A stretch of 64,000 nt of DNA from Acidimicrobiaceae bacterium (GTDB taxonomy: Bacteria; Actinomycetota; Acidimicrobiia; Acidimicrobiales; Ilumatobacteraceae). Made by a program: the position numbers and the translations under genes. Every line of letters starts with the position of its first letter. Position 1 is the first letter of the stretch. Below the pieces are notes generated by a model, which was given only the letters and a program-made list of their open reading frames with translations, had not been told where the DNA came from and did no database searches. The stretch is taken from contig CANNMD010000001.1 of assembly GCA_947505655.1 (NCBI GenBank), positions 6,048 through 70,047 on the forward strand, read 5' to 3'. Shown here in pieces: positions 45,263 to 54,650 of the stretch.

Positions 45263-46510
45263 ATGACACTTCGCTCGACCGGACTCTCGCACGACGAGAT
45301 CATCACAACGCTGCAACAGATGAAGGTCAACGACGTTCGTTGGCGCGACGGCAGGGCGTTCACGCTTGCCTACAGCGCTGGCGAGGAGGTGCTCGCTGTG
45401 GCCGAAGAGGCGTACCGCGCCTTCGCGTCCGAGAACGCGTTGAACACCGATGCATTCCCAAGCCTGCGAGCCATCCAGGCACAAGTGGTCGACATCGTGA
45501 TCGATTGGTTGCAGGGCGATTCAAGTGCAGCGGGGTTCATGACCAGTGGCGGCACCGAGAGCATCTTGCTGGCGGTGAAAGCGTCACGCGAGCGCGGCAA
45601 GAAAGAGCGTGGCATCGCGCAGCCAAACGTGGTGTTGCCCACCAGCGCTCACGCAGCATTCGAAAAGGCGTGTTACTACTTCGGCCTCGAAAGTAGGCGC
45701 GTTGCGGTCAACGAAGATTGGCGAGCCAATCCAAAGGCAATGGCTGCCGCCGTCGATGAAAACACGGTGTTGTTGGTCGGCTCAGCGCCCCAGTATCCGC
45801 AAGGCGTGGTCGATCCCATCGAGGCCATTGCGGCCATCGCGGCCGAACGAGATATCAACTGTCATGTCGATGGTTGCATGGGCGGCGTCAGCCTCACGTA
45901 TCTCAAGCGACTCGGCTACGCGATTCCTGCGTGGAACTTCGAGGTACCTGGGGTCACCAGCATCTCTGTCGATCTCCACAAGTACGGCTACACCGCCAAG
46001 GGCGCCTCGGTGATCGCGTGGCGCAACAAGAAGCTGCGCAGCTATCAGACCTATGTCACCGACAATTGGCTCGGCGGCATGTACGGCTCATCGGGCATCT
46101 TGGGCACCAAGGGCGGCGGGTCGATGGCTGCAGCGTGGGCCGTGATGAACTTCCTCGGCGACGAGGGCTACATGCGCGTCACATTGGCAGCGCGCCGCGC
46201 CACCGAAGAGTTGGTGGCTGGCGTGCTCGCTCGGCCGCAGCTCCAGTTGGTCGCCACGCCCGACTCAACATTGGTTTCGTTCCGCGCCGCTGATCCCGCA
46301 ATACTCGACGTGTTCGCCATAGGTGATGGCCTATGGAAGCGCGGCTGGTACCTCGATCGCCAAGGACCTCCCCCAGCGCTGCACTGCACGGTGAACGCGA
46401 TTCACGACGGCAAGATCGCCTCGTTTCTGGCCGACCTCGATGCCGTGCTCGATGAACTCAGCGGCACAACATCTACCGGCACCCAAGGCGCGTACGGCAC
46501 CATCGAATAG
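45263..46510 (+). CDS. group II PLP-dependent decarboxylase-fold enzyme, sphingosine-1-phosphate-lyase-like
   Basis: SVDLHKYGYTAKGASV (PLP Lys) resembles the SPL/Dpl1-family motif. 415 aa with no TM anchor. Confidence 0.75.
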   Translation: MTLRSTGLSHDEIITTLQQMKVNDVRWRDGRAFTLAYSAGEEVLAVAEEAYRAFASENALNTDAFPSLRAIQAQVVDIVIDWLQGDSSAAGFMTSGGTESILLAVKASRERGKKERGIAQPNVVLPTSAHAAFEKACYYFGLESRRVAVNEDWRANPKAMAAAVDENTVLLVGSAPQYPQGVVDPIEAIAAIAAERDINCHVDGCMGGVSLTYLKRLGYAIPAWNFEVPGVTSISVDLHKYGYTAKGASVIAWRNKKLRSYQTYVTDNWLGGMYGSSGILGTKGGGSMAAAWAVMNFLGDEGYMRVTLAARRATEELVAGVLARPQLQLVATPDSTLVSFRAADPAILDVFAIGDGLWKRGWYLDRQGPPPALHCTVNAIHDGKIASFLADLDAVLDELSGTTSTGTQGAYGTIE

Positions 46511-46525
46511 CTCACAAACCCCGTG

Positions 46526-46570
46526 CATGGGCGCGATTTGGGACAGCTGCTGTCCCAAATCGCGCCCATG
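46526..46570 (+). terminator. perfect 21-bp stem / 3-nt loop hairpin
   Basis: catgggcgcgatttgggacag-ctg-ctgtcccaaatcgcgcccatg, 15 nt after the stop at 46510. No T-tract follows. Confidence 0.65.
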
Positions 46571-46660
46571 CGAACTGCGGACGGGTCGGTAGTGAGGAGT
46601 GACTGGGGTGGATGAGCGCTCGGTGGCATCGGGGTGCTCGTCGGCAGGGCAGAATGGGGC

Positions 46661-47080
46661 ATGCATCATGTTGTGTCTCTCCCCGTTGAGTTTCTGTTCT
46701 CGATGACTGCCACCACAAACACGTCCGGCGTGATCGCCAAGGGACCCAACGGCACTCGAGTCGTGGTCGATGCCTCGGGCGGCACGTTCGAAGGTCCGAA
46801 GTTGAAGGGCACCGTGAAGGCGCCGGGCGGCGACTGGGTCACCGTGCGGCCCGACGGCGTGCTGCAACTCGACGTACGCGTGCTGCTCGAGACCGACGAC
46901 GGCGCAATCATCCTGATGCAGTACAAAGGCATCGGGGTCGACGGCGGCGCCAACATTCGTACGGCGCCGCTGTTCGAAACCGGCGACGAGCGCTATGCGT
47001 GGCTCAACAGCGTGCAGGCTGTGGCCCATGGCAGCACGGGCGACGGCGACGTCACGTATCAGGTGTACGCGCTTCGCTAA
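46661..47080 (+). CDS. DUF3237 (UPF0311) family protein
   Basis: Contains GGTFEGPKLKGTVKAPGGDWVTVRPDGVLQLDVRVLLETDDGAIILMQYKG. The start is the ATG at 46661 or the GTG at 46634. Confidence 0.7.
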   Translation: MHHVVSLPVEFLFSMTATTNTSGVIAKGPNGTRVVVDASGGTFEGPKLKGTVKAPGGDWVTVRPDGVLQLDVRVLLETDDGAIILMQYKGIGVDGGANIRTAPLFETGDERYAWLNSVQAVAHGSTGDGDVTYQVYALR

Positions 47081-47142
47081 AGATCTGCCCCAGTCGCAAG
47101 CGATCGAATTGCCACGAACGCCGACTATGCCAAGATGACCAC

Positions 47143-49506
47143 GTGGTCGAAATTGCTCAGTCCAAAGATCGCGCCGCGAACGTCGGTCTGTCGACCGTTG
47201 AAGTCAGCCAACGTGTTGCTGCTGGCCTCGGCAACACGTCGCAAGTGGGTCCCACCCGAACGCTTGCAGAGATCATCCGGGCCAACGTCTTTACCCCGAT
47301 TAACGCAATCATCGCTGTTGGCCTCGTCCTGATCCTGATTGCCAGCCCCGGCCCCGACGCGCTCTTTGCCGGGGTCATTCTGAGCAACAGCGCCATCGGC
47401 ATTATCCAAGAACTACGAGCCCGGCACACCTTGGCAAAGCTGCGGCTACTCAACGCTCCCACCGTTCGCGCCCGACGCAACGGCGCAGTCGAGACGATCA
47501 CCACTGAGGATGTGGTCCAAGACGACATCATTGTGCTGGGTCCCGGCGATCAAGTGGTTGTCGACGGCACCGTGGTTGAGTCGGCATCGCTTGAGATCGA
47601 CGAGTCGTTGCTGACAGGCGAATCAGACCCGATCATGAAGGGCCTCGGCGATCGGGTGTTGTCGGGCAGCTTCGTCGCTGCTGGCTCCGGAGCCTTTGTG
47701 GCCACCGATGTCGGCGAGCAGTCGTACGCTGCGCGCCTAGCGGCCGAGGCGCGTCAGTTCACTCAGATCGACTCAGAGCTTCGGCGCGGCGTCAATCGGG
47801 TTCTGCGCGTGCTGGTGTTCATCATTCCGCCGGTGTCATTGGTTCTGTTCTGGCGCCTGCTGAACTCTGAACCCGGATGGCGAGAGGCACTTCGCGGCAC
47901 GGTCGCTGCGGCCGTTGCGATGGTGCCCGATGGATTGGTGCTGTTGACCAGCCTCGCTTTTCTCGCCGGAGTCATTGCGTTGGCTAGGCAGAAAGTGCTG
48001 TCGCGCGAACTTGCATCAGTCGAACTTCTCGCTCGCGTGTCCGTGCTTTGCCTCGACAAAACCGGCACCCTCACGACAGGTCGCGTCGTGCTCTCGCACC
48101 TTGAGTTGTTTGATGGAGCCGAGGAGAAACTCGTGGCAGCAGCGCTCGGCGCGTTGGGTGCCGTCGATTCGAATCCGAACGCCACGCTGCGCGCCGTCGC
48201 CGCGCAGTTTCCCGCCCCATCGCACTGGGCAGCCGACGAAATTGTGCCTTTCTCCTCAGCCCGCAAATGGGCGGGCGCATCGTTTGGCCCACTCGGCGCG
48301 TACGCCATTGGAGCCCCCGATGTGTTGGCGCCACACGACGCCGAGGTCGCTGCGAAGCTTGCCCCACTCGCAGCGTTAGGGCAGCGGGTCGTCTTGATTG
48401 CACAGACCCCAAACCTCACGGCAACCAGTACCGGACACGACGTAACGCCGTTGGCGCTCGTGGTGCTCGACGACGAAATCCGCCCCGACGCATCACGAAT
48501 CATGAGCTTCCTACGCGACGAAGGCGTGCAGCTCAAGGTGATCTCTGGCGATCATCCGCGAACAGTCGATGCAATCGCTCAGCGCATCGGCATGTACTCA
48601 GGCGCCGACACTGCACCGCCGGTCGATGGCCGCGACCTGCCCGATGACATCGCCGAACTCGCGAATGTCATGCAGGCCAGCACGGTTTTTGGACGCGTGT
48701 CGCCACAGCAGAAACGATCGATGGTGTTGGCTCTACAGAGCCAAGGACACGTCGTGGCGATGACCGGCGACGGCGTGAACGATGTGCTTGCGTTGAAGGC
48801 TGCAGACATGGGTATTGCGATGGGCGCTGGCAGCGACGCTGCGCGTGCTGTGGCCGAGATTGTGCTGCTCGACAACGACTTCGCCACGTTTCCGAGGGTG
48901 CTCGCCGAGAGCCGCCGCGTGATCAACAACGTCGAACGATCTGCGCATCTCTTCATTGTGGGCACCGTGTACTCGATCTTGGTGTCGGTGATCATCTCGC
49001 TCACCGGCGCCGAGTTTCCGTTCTTACCGCGGCATCTCACATTGGTGCGTTCGCTCACTATTGGAGTGCCCGGTGTGTTCCTTGCGCTCGCTGCGAATAC
49101 AAAGCGATCGCGCCCAGGTTTCATCGCCCGAGTCGTGCGATTCGCAATCCCTGTGGGAGCCATCATGGCCGCAGCAAGCCTGGGCACGTATTTCGTGTGC
49201 AGCGACGCGCTCGATCTCGCACTTGTTGAGTCGCGTACCGCAGCGTCGCTCAGTCTCATGGGCGCTGGCCTCGCGGTGCTCGTCGTGCTTGCGCGACCCC
49301 TCAACAAATCACGAGTGGCGTTGGTTACGGCGATGCCATGTGGCGCCGCGATTGTGCTGGCGTCGGCATCACTGCGCGACTTCTTCGCGCTGGTTGCTCC
49401 CTCGGCCGAAGCGTGGCTTGCGGTTGCAATCTCAGTGATCAGCGCGAGCTTGGCGTTGACTCTGCATCAGCGGCTAGCCGATCGACGGCCGACGGATGCA
49501 ACATGA
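47143..49506 (+). CDS. cation-transporting P-type ATPase (HAD-IC, P2-like)
   Basis: Contains TGESDP, the PDGL TM4 motif, CLDKTGTLT, and TGDGVNDVLALKAADMGIAMG. GTG at 47143; the ORF-track start at 46999 overlaps the DUF3237 gene. Confidence 0.85.
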   Translation: MVEIAQSKDRAANVGLSTVEVSQRVAAGLGNTSQVGPTRTLAEIIRANVFTPINAIIAVGLVLILIASPGPDALFAGVILSNSAIGIIQELRARHTLAKLRLLNAPTVRARRNGAVETITTEDVVQDDIIVLGPGDQVVVDGTVVESASLEIDESLLTGESDPIMKGLGDRVLSGSFVAAGSGAFVATDVGEQSYAARLAAEARQFTQIDSELRRGVNRVLRVLVFIIPPVSLVLFWRLLNSEPGWREALRGTVAAAVAMVPDGLVLLTSLAFLAGVIALARQKVLSRELASVELLARVSVLCLDKTGTLTTGRVVLSHLELFDGAEEKLVAAALGALGAVDSNPNATLRAVAAQFPAPSHWAADEIVPFSSARKWAGASFGPLGAYAIGAPDVLAPHDAEVAAKLAPLAALGQRVVLIAQTPNLTATSTGHDVTPLALVVLDDEIRPDASRIMSFLRDEGVQLKVISGDHPRTVDAIAQRIGMYSGADTAPPVDGRDLPDDIAELANVMQASTVFGRVSPQQKRSMVLALQSQGHVVAMTGDGVNDVLALKAADMGIAMGAGSDAARAVAEIVLLDNDFATFPRVLAESRRVINNVERSAHLFIVGTVYSILVSVIISLTGAEFPFLPRHLTLVRSLTIGVPGVFLALAANTKRSRPGFIARVVRFAIPVGAIMAAASLGTYFVCSDALDLALVESRTAASLSLMGAGLAVLVVLARPLNKSRVALVTAMPCGAAIVLASASLRDFFALVAPSAEAWLAVAISVISASLALTLHQRLADRRPTDAT

Positions 49507-50269
49507 GCACCGGCACCGCTGCATGACGTAGAACGCTGAGTGCTGTGCTTCCCATCGTGAGGCGAGCCCCTGCCGGAATGCCGCGTGTTGCCATCGCAAT
49601 CATCGCTACGTCTGGCGTCTCCTTGACATAGTCGGCGATCGCTGCGGCTGGCTCTCCGTGCAGCACATCGAAGTCTCGATTGTGCGGAGGATCGAGTTGT
49701 TCGGCGAAGTGGCGGATGTACGACGTCTCATCGCTGTCATTCGGCATCGCTGAATGCCCAACCTGCACGAGGCGCAAACTCATGTTGAGGGTGTCGGCAA
49801 CCTCGACTGCCGAACGCAAGATCGCAGCGCTCACCTCAGTGTCACCGATCGGCACCAACATCACTTGCGCTGCCGGTCGGGCACACGCCCGCGGCCCAAC
49901 CATCACCACACGAGTCTCTACCTCGCGTACGACATCGGCGCTAATGCTGCCAAACATCAACTCTCCAAATGCTGTGCGTCCGTGCGATCCGAGACACCAC
50001 AACGCGTTGTCGCCAGTCTCAAGAATTTCAAGCACCAATGTGATCTCTGGGTCTGAGTCGCTGGGGATCACACGCCACGACGTTGACTGACCAGTGCTCT
50101 TGCTCAACGCAGCGATCGCCGCCTCCGAATCAGCGACCATGTTCGATGCCGAAATCGTGAGGAGTTGCAAACGTGCAGCCCCGCGAATCGCAAGGTCTTG
50201 CCCTACGGGTACAGCGGCCACTGACTGCTCAGAAAAATCGACAGGGACAACGACGCGGGTGAAGGTCAT
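49439..50269 (-). CDS. universal stress protein, tandem USP domains
   Basis: Two USP repeats (VVPVDFSE...; ...GSTALSVLRHAAVPVLML). The 3' end overlaps the convergent ATPase gene by 68 nt. Confidence 0.85.
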   Translation of the reverse strand: MTFTRVVVPVDFSEQSVAAVPVGQDLAIRGAARLQLLTISASNMVADSEAAIAALSKSTGQSTSWRVIPSDSDPEITLVLEILETGDNALWCLGSHGRTAFGELMFGSISADVVREVETRVVMVGPRACARPAAQVMLVPIGDTEVSAAILRSAVEVADTLNMSLRLVQVGHSAMPNDSDETSYIRHFAEQLDPPHNRDFDVLHGEPAAAIADYVKETPDVAMIAMATRGIPAGARLTMGSTALSVLRHAAVPVLMLHPSAVDRLAADAESTPSSR

Positions 50270-50314
50270 ACGATCAGCATGAGCGATGACCCACGGAGTC
50301 GCTAGGGACCATTG

Positions 50315-50794
50315 TCACGACTTGGCCTCTCCGAAACCAATGCGGTCGGCGTCGTACGCAGCCTGTCCCGCAATCGCAGCCGGGTTCACCCGGAAGCGCC
50401 GGCCCGAAAGTTCTTGCGGTGTGATACGCACAAAGCGTTGCTTTGGTGCCGACTGCCATGGGAAGAGCGGCAAGTCAGCGGCACTGAACAAATTGACCAG
50501 GCCTTCAATCTCGACTGCCTCTCCTCTGGCCATCACGCTCCACGCGACGCCAGCCATCGGATCGTATTGGTCAACCTCAAATGCCACAGCGATGCCCAAC
50601 AGCGCCGCGGCCAACTTGGTGCCCTCGTCGGATCGAAACACAATCGAGTGGCGATCGACGACATAGTTGATCGGGAAGATGTCCGGCCGGTTCATGATCG
50701 AGATGCCGAGTCGACCGACTACTTGCGTCTCGAGCAACGCCCAGCACTGCTCGGCCGACAACACCTCAGTACGTAAGTCTCGCGTTGGGCTCAT
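50315..50794 (-). CDS. pyridoxamine 5'-phosphate oxidase-family (split-barrel flavin/deazaflavin-binding) protein
   Basis: Contains LSAEQCWALLETQVVGRLGI...PDIFPINYVVD...IVFRS. The ATG at 50794 is preferred over the TTG at 50827. Confidence 0.75.
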   Translation of the reverse strand: MSPTRDLRTEVLSAEQCWALLETQVVGRLGISIMNRPDIFPINYVVDRHSIVFRSDEGTKLAAALLGIAVAFEVDQYDPMAGVAWSVMARGEAVEIEGLVNLFSAADLPLFPWQSAPKQRFVRITPQELSGRRFRVNPAAIAGQAAYDADRIGFGEAKS

Positions 50795-50914
50795 GCCACA
50801 ACGATGCACCCGAAGGGCCACACGCAACAGTGCCGAAAGTCCCGATTCCGCTGTCTACGTAACGATCGACACCCATGCCTTCAGCGTGCGGTAACGTGCG
50901 AGTTGCCGCTACAT

Positions 50915-51095
50915 CCATGCGGGAGAGTCGACACGGGCAGCCAGTCCGCTTCGACGCCGAAGGAGCAACCACCCCGGAACCTCTCAGGCCCCCGGACCGT
51001 GTGGATAGGCAACGCTGGAAAGCAGGTGCATGCACCTCGCCGAAGGGGAAAACCGGTTCGCCGGCGAAGCTCTCAGGTTCCGTGACAGCGGGGGT
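50915..51095 (+). promoter_or_regulatory. tandem glycine riboswitch (two aptamers) in the gcvP leader
   Basis: Aptamer 1: gggagag...cgccgaaggagcaa...ctcaggcccccggac. Aptamer 2: ctggaaag...cgccgaaggggaaa...ctcaggttccgtgacag. These match the conserved GGAGAG / CCGAAGGGGCAA / CUCAGGC..GGAC cores. An RBS ggaga and the ATG at 51126 follow. Confidence 0.85.
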
Positions 51096-51125
51096 ATCAC
51101 TGCCCCTACGCGTCTGGAGACAGCC

Positions 51126-53987
51126 ATGCATGCCCGTCCCGCTCTCAGCGAACTGATCGACGAGCAAGAGTTCGCCCGACGACACATCGGACCCACCGCC
51201 GCCGAACGTGCGCACATGCTCGCCACACTCGGGCTTTCCTCGATGGACGAACTGCTCGATGCCACTGTTCCCGGATCTATCCGCATGGCCCATCCTCTCG
51301 ATATGCCCGAAGGCGCCAGTGTCACCGAGGCTCTGGGCGAACTCAGGGCCTTAGCCGACCAAAACGTGGTGCGCACGAGCCTCATTGGCATGGGCTACTA
51401 CGGCACCACAACTCCCCCAGTGATCACCCGCAACGTGCTTGAAAATCCAGCGTGGTACACCTCGTACACGCCGTATCAACCCGAAATCAGCCAGGGCCGA
51501 CTTGAGGCGCTGCTCAACTTTCAAACCATGGTGGCCGAGCTCACCGGACTGCCGTTGGCAAATGCATCGTTGCTCGATGAGGCCACCGCCGCAGGCGAAG
51601 CAATGACAATGATTCGCCGCCAGTCGAAGCACACCGGTAACGCCTTCTTCGTGCATACAGACACGCATCCGCAGACCATTGCGGTGCTGCGCACACGGGC
51701 TGAGCCAATCGGTATCGAGCTCATCATCGGACCATCGACCGATTTCGACGAAGAGCGTTGCTTCGGCGCGCTCATCTCGTGGCCCGGCTCGAGCGGTGCG
51801 CTCCACGATCACCGCGAACTCATCGCCGCAGCGAACGATTGTGGGGCGCTCGTCGCGGCTGCTACCGACCTGCTGGCCTGCGTGCTCCTCACTCCCCCAG
51901 GCCAATTTGGTGTCGACATTGCGATTGGCTCGGCTCAGAGATTTGGAGTGCCAATGGGCTTCGGAGGCCCGCACGCTGCGTTCATCGCGACGCACGAAGT
52001 TCATGCGCGCGCATTGCCCGGACGTCTTGTGGGCGTCAGCACGGACACTGCCAGTCGGCCCGCTTTGCGCCTTGCCCTACAAACCCGTGAGCAACACATT
52101 CGCCGCGAGAAGGCCACATCGAATATCTGCACCGCCCAGGCGCTGCTCGCCAACATCGCTGGCATGTACGCGTCGTGGCACGGTCCCGAAGGCTTGCGCC
52201 GCATTGCCGAACGCGTGCACCGGCTCACCTCGATCTGCGTCGATGGCCTGCGCACCAACGGCGTCACGCTCGTGAACGATTCATGGTTCGACACGATCCA
52301 GATCAACGTCGCCTCAGCGCAGCAGACGATCGACGCAGCGAAGGCTGCCGGACTCGCACTACGGCTGGTGAATGACACAACCGTTGGAGCGAGCTTCGAC
52401 GAAACCTCCACGACCACCACGGTCGAAACCCTGTGGCGCGTCATCGGCGTAACGACGACAATCGACGATCATCACAACGCTCACGACGGCATACCGCTTC
52501 ACTCGCGGCGCACCGACGCGATCCTTCCGCAGGCGGTGTTCAACCGGTATCACAGCGAACACGAAATGCTTCGATACCTTCGGGTCCTTGCCGACAAAGA
52601 CCTGGCGCTTGACCGCACGATGATTCCACTTGGCTCGTGCACAATGAAGCTCAACGCCACCGTCGAGATGGTGCCAATCACATGGCCTCAGTTCGCCGAT
52701 GTTCATCCGTATGCCGACGACTCCGACACCGTTGGATACCGCACCATGATTGAGCAGCTCGAAACCATGTTGGTGGCCATCACCGGTTACGACGCTGTGA
52801 GCCTGCAGCCCAACGCTGGCAGCCAAGGCGAGCTCGCCGGGCTGCTCGCCATCCGCGCGTATCACGCAAGCCGCAATCAGCAACAGCGCACGGTGTGTCT
52901 CATTCCGTCGAGTGCGCACGGCACCAACGCCGCCAGTGCCGTGATGGCTGGCATGCAGGTGGTGGTTGTGGCGTGCGACGAACGAGGCAACATCGACCTC
53001 GTCGACCTGCGCGCCAAGACCAGTGCGGCGGGCGACCGTCTCGCCGCAATCATGGTCACCTACCCATCTACGCATGGCGTGTTTGAGGAAGCTATTCGAG
53101 ACATCTGCGAAGTTGTGCACGACGCCGGCGGCCAGGTGTACGTAGACGGTGCCAATCTGAACGCACTCGTCGGCCTTGCCCAACCCGGCCGTTTCGGTGC
53201 CGACGTGAGCCACCTCAATCTGCACAAGACGTTCTGCATCCCTCACGGTGGCGGTGGTCCTGGAGTTGGTCCCGTGGCCGTGCGCAGCCACCTCACGCCG
53301 TTCCTGCCCGGCAATCCGCTGGGCCCACGCGATCAAGTCTGTGGGCCTGTCTCCGCCACGATGTACGGATCGGCGAGCATCTTGCCGATCTCGTGGATGT
53401 ACATCCGCCTGATGGGGGCCACCGGCCTTCGTGATGCCACCGCTGCCGCCATTCTCAGCGCCAACTATGTGGCCCAACGACTCGATGCAGCGTTTCCTGT
53501 GTTGTATCGCGGCGAGCGCGGCTACGTAGCGCACGAGTGCATTCTCGATCTGCGCGACATCACCAAGGACACCGGCGTCACTGTCGACGATGTCGCCAAG
53601 CGTTTGATGGACTACGGCTTCCATGCTCCAACGATGAGCTTTCCAGTGACCGGCACATTGATGGTCGAACCCACCGAGAGCGAAACGCTGCACGAACTCG
53701 ATCGCTTCTGCAACGCAATGCTGGCTATCCGCTCCGAGATCGACCGGGTCGACAGCGGCGAATGGGCCTCTGACGACAACCCGCTGCGGCACGCCCCACA
53801 CACCAGCGAAGATCTGCTCGGCGAATGGACACGGCCGTACAGCCGTGAGTTCGGGGCGTACCCACTCGACGTGCTGCGCGCCAACAAGTACTTCCCGCCG
53901 GTGTCGCGAATCGATGCAGCCTTTGGCGATCGACATCTGGTTTGTTCATGCGCACCGCTCGAGGTCTACGCCGACGCGATGACTTAG
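51126..53987 (+). CDS. gcvP: glycine dehydrogenase (decarboxylating), single-chain P protein
   Basis: 953 aa. Contains [20 protein letters not shown] and [18 protein letters not shown] (PLP Lys). The ORF-track start at 51030 lies inside the riboswitch. Confidence 0.92.
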   Translation: MHARPALSELIDEQEFARRHIGPTAAERAHMLATLGLSSMDELLDATVPGSIRMAHPLDMPEGASVTEALGELRALADQNVVRTSLIGMGYYGTTTPPVITRNVLENPAWYTSYTPYQPEISQGRLEALLNFQTMVAELTGLPLANASLLDEATAAGEAMTMIRRQSKHTGNAFFVHTDTHPQTIAVLRTRAEPIGIELIIGPSTDFDEERCFGALISWPGSSGALHDHRELIAAANDCGALVAAATDLLACVLLTPPGQFGVDIAIGSAQRFGVPMGFGGPHAAFIATHEVHARALPGRLVGVSTDTASRPALRLALQTREQHIRREKATSNICTAQALLANIAGMYASWHGPEGLRRIAERVHRLTSICVDGLRTNGVTLVNDSWFDTIQINVASAQQTIDAAKAAGLALRLVNDTTVGASFDETSTTTTVETLWRVIGVTTTIDDHHNAHDGIPLHSRRTDAILPQAVFNRYHSEHEMLRYLRVLADKDLALDRTMIPLGSCTMKLNATVEMVPITWPQFADVHPYADDSDTVGYRTMIEQLETMLVAITGYDAVSLQPNAGSQGELAGLLAIRAYHASRNQQQRTVCLIPSSAHGTNAASAVMAGMQVVVVACDERGNIDLVDLRAKTSAAGDRLAAIMVTYPSTHGVFEEAIRDICEVVHDAGGQVYVDGANLNALVGLAQPGRFGADVSHLNLHKTFCIPHGGGGPGVGPVAVRSHLTPFLPGNPLGPRDQVCGPVSATMYGSASILPISWMYIRLMGATGLRDATAAAILSANYVAQRLDAAFPVLYRGERGYVAHECILDLRDITKDTGVTVDDVAKRLMDYGFHAPTMSFPVTGTLMVEPTESETLHELDRFCNAMLAIRSEIDRVDSGEWASDDNPLRHAPHTSEDLLGEWTRPYSREFGAYPLDVLRANKYFPPVSRIDAAFGDRHLVCSCAPLEVYADAMT

Positions 53988-54036
53988 GTCGGTCACGGCA
54001 TCTCAACGACGTGCCAACGCTATGCGTTACCGTTGC

Positions 54037-54627
54037 GCCATGGCTGAATCTTCTACACCCGGTCTCGGTGATCTGCTTGCGCTCTTCGGTGGCGCGAATC
54101 CGTTCGCCTCGATTGGCAAGACAATCGATCAGTTCAAGCGAGGCGTCAACGACTTCCTCACTGGTGTTGAAACCTTCAACGCAACGATGGAGTCGCTCAA
54201 CGGCGTCACCGTGCGCATCAACCGCTTACTCGACGATGTAGAAGAACCAATTCAAGCGCTCATGCCTCAGCTGACACGCAGCATCAAAACTGCCGACGCG
54301 GTGTTGAGCCAACTCAGCGTCCCCGTCGAGAAGATCACTCCCGGCCTCTTGCGTCTTGCCGACATGCTCAGCTCTCCTGGGCTCATCAACTTGCCACGCG
54401 AGATCGCTGGGTTCGTCGAAACCTTGGGCGATCTCGCCACGCGCTTGCAACCACTCACCCAGATGGCCGAGTCAGCGGGCAGTTTGTTTGGCCTGCGCCC
54501 ACTGTCGGTATTACGAGGTGGCTCAAACAAGACCCAGCCTGCTCAGGCCCCCGTAGAGGAGCCAGTAGCCAAGAAGGCTCCGGCAAAGAAGGCTCCCGCG
54601 AAAAAGGCTGCCCAAACCAACAAGTAG
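54037..54627 (+). CDS. hypothetical protein with Lys/Ala/Pro-rich C-terminal tail
   Basis: 196 aa from the ATG at 54037. Helical body. The tail is VAKKAPAKKAPAKKAAQTNK (three KKAPA-like repeats). Confidence 0.55.
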   Translation, partial: AMAESSTPGLGDLLALFGGANPFASIGKTIDQFKRGVNDFLTGVETFNATMESLNGVTVRINRLLDDVEEPIQALMPQLTRSIKTADAVLSQLSVPVEKITPGLLRLADMLSSPGLINLPREIAGFVETLGDLATRLQPLTQMAESAGSLFGLRPLSVLRGGSNKTQPAQAPVEEPVAKKAPAKKAPAKKAAQTNK

Positions 54628-54650
54628 CCAACCGGTCGGCGTTTGCCGAA

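Noticed and set aside
52359-53936. 525-aa ORF on the minus strand
   Set aside because: It lies entirely antisense to gcvP, which has unambiguous P-protein motifs. It is a shadow ORF.
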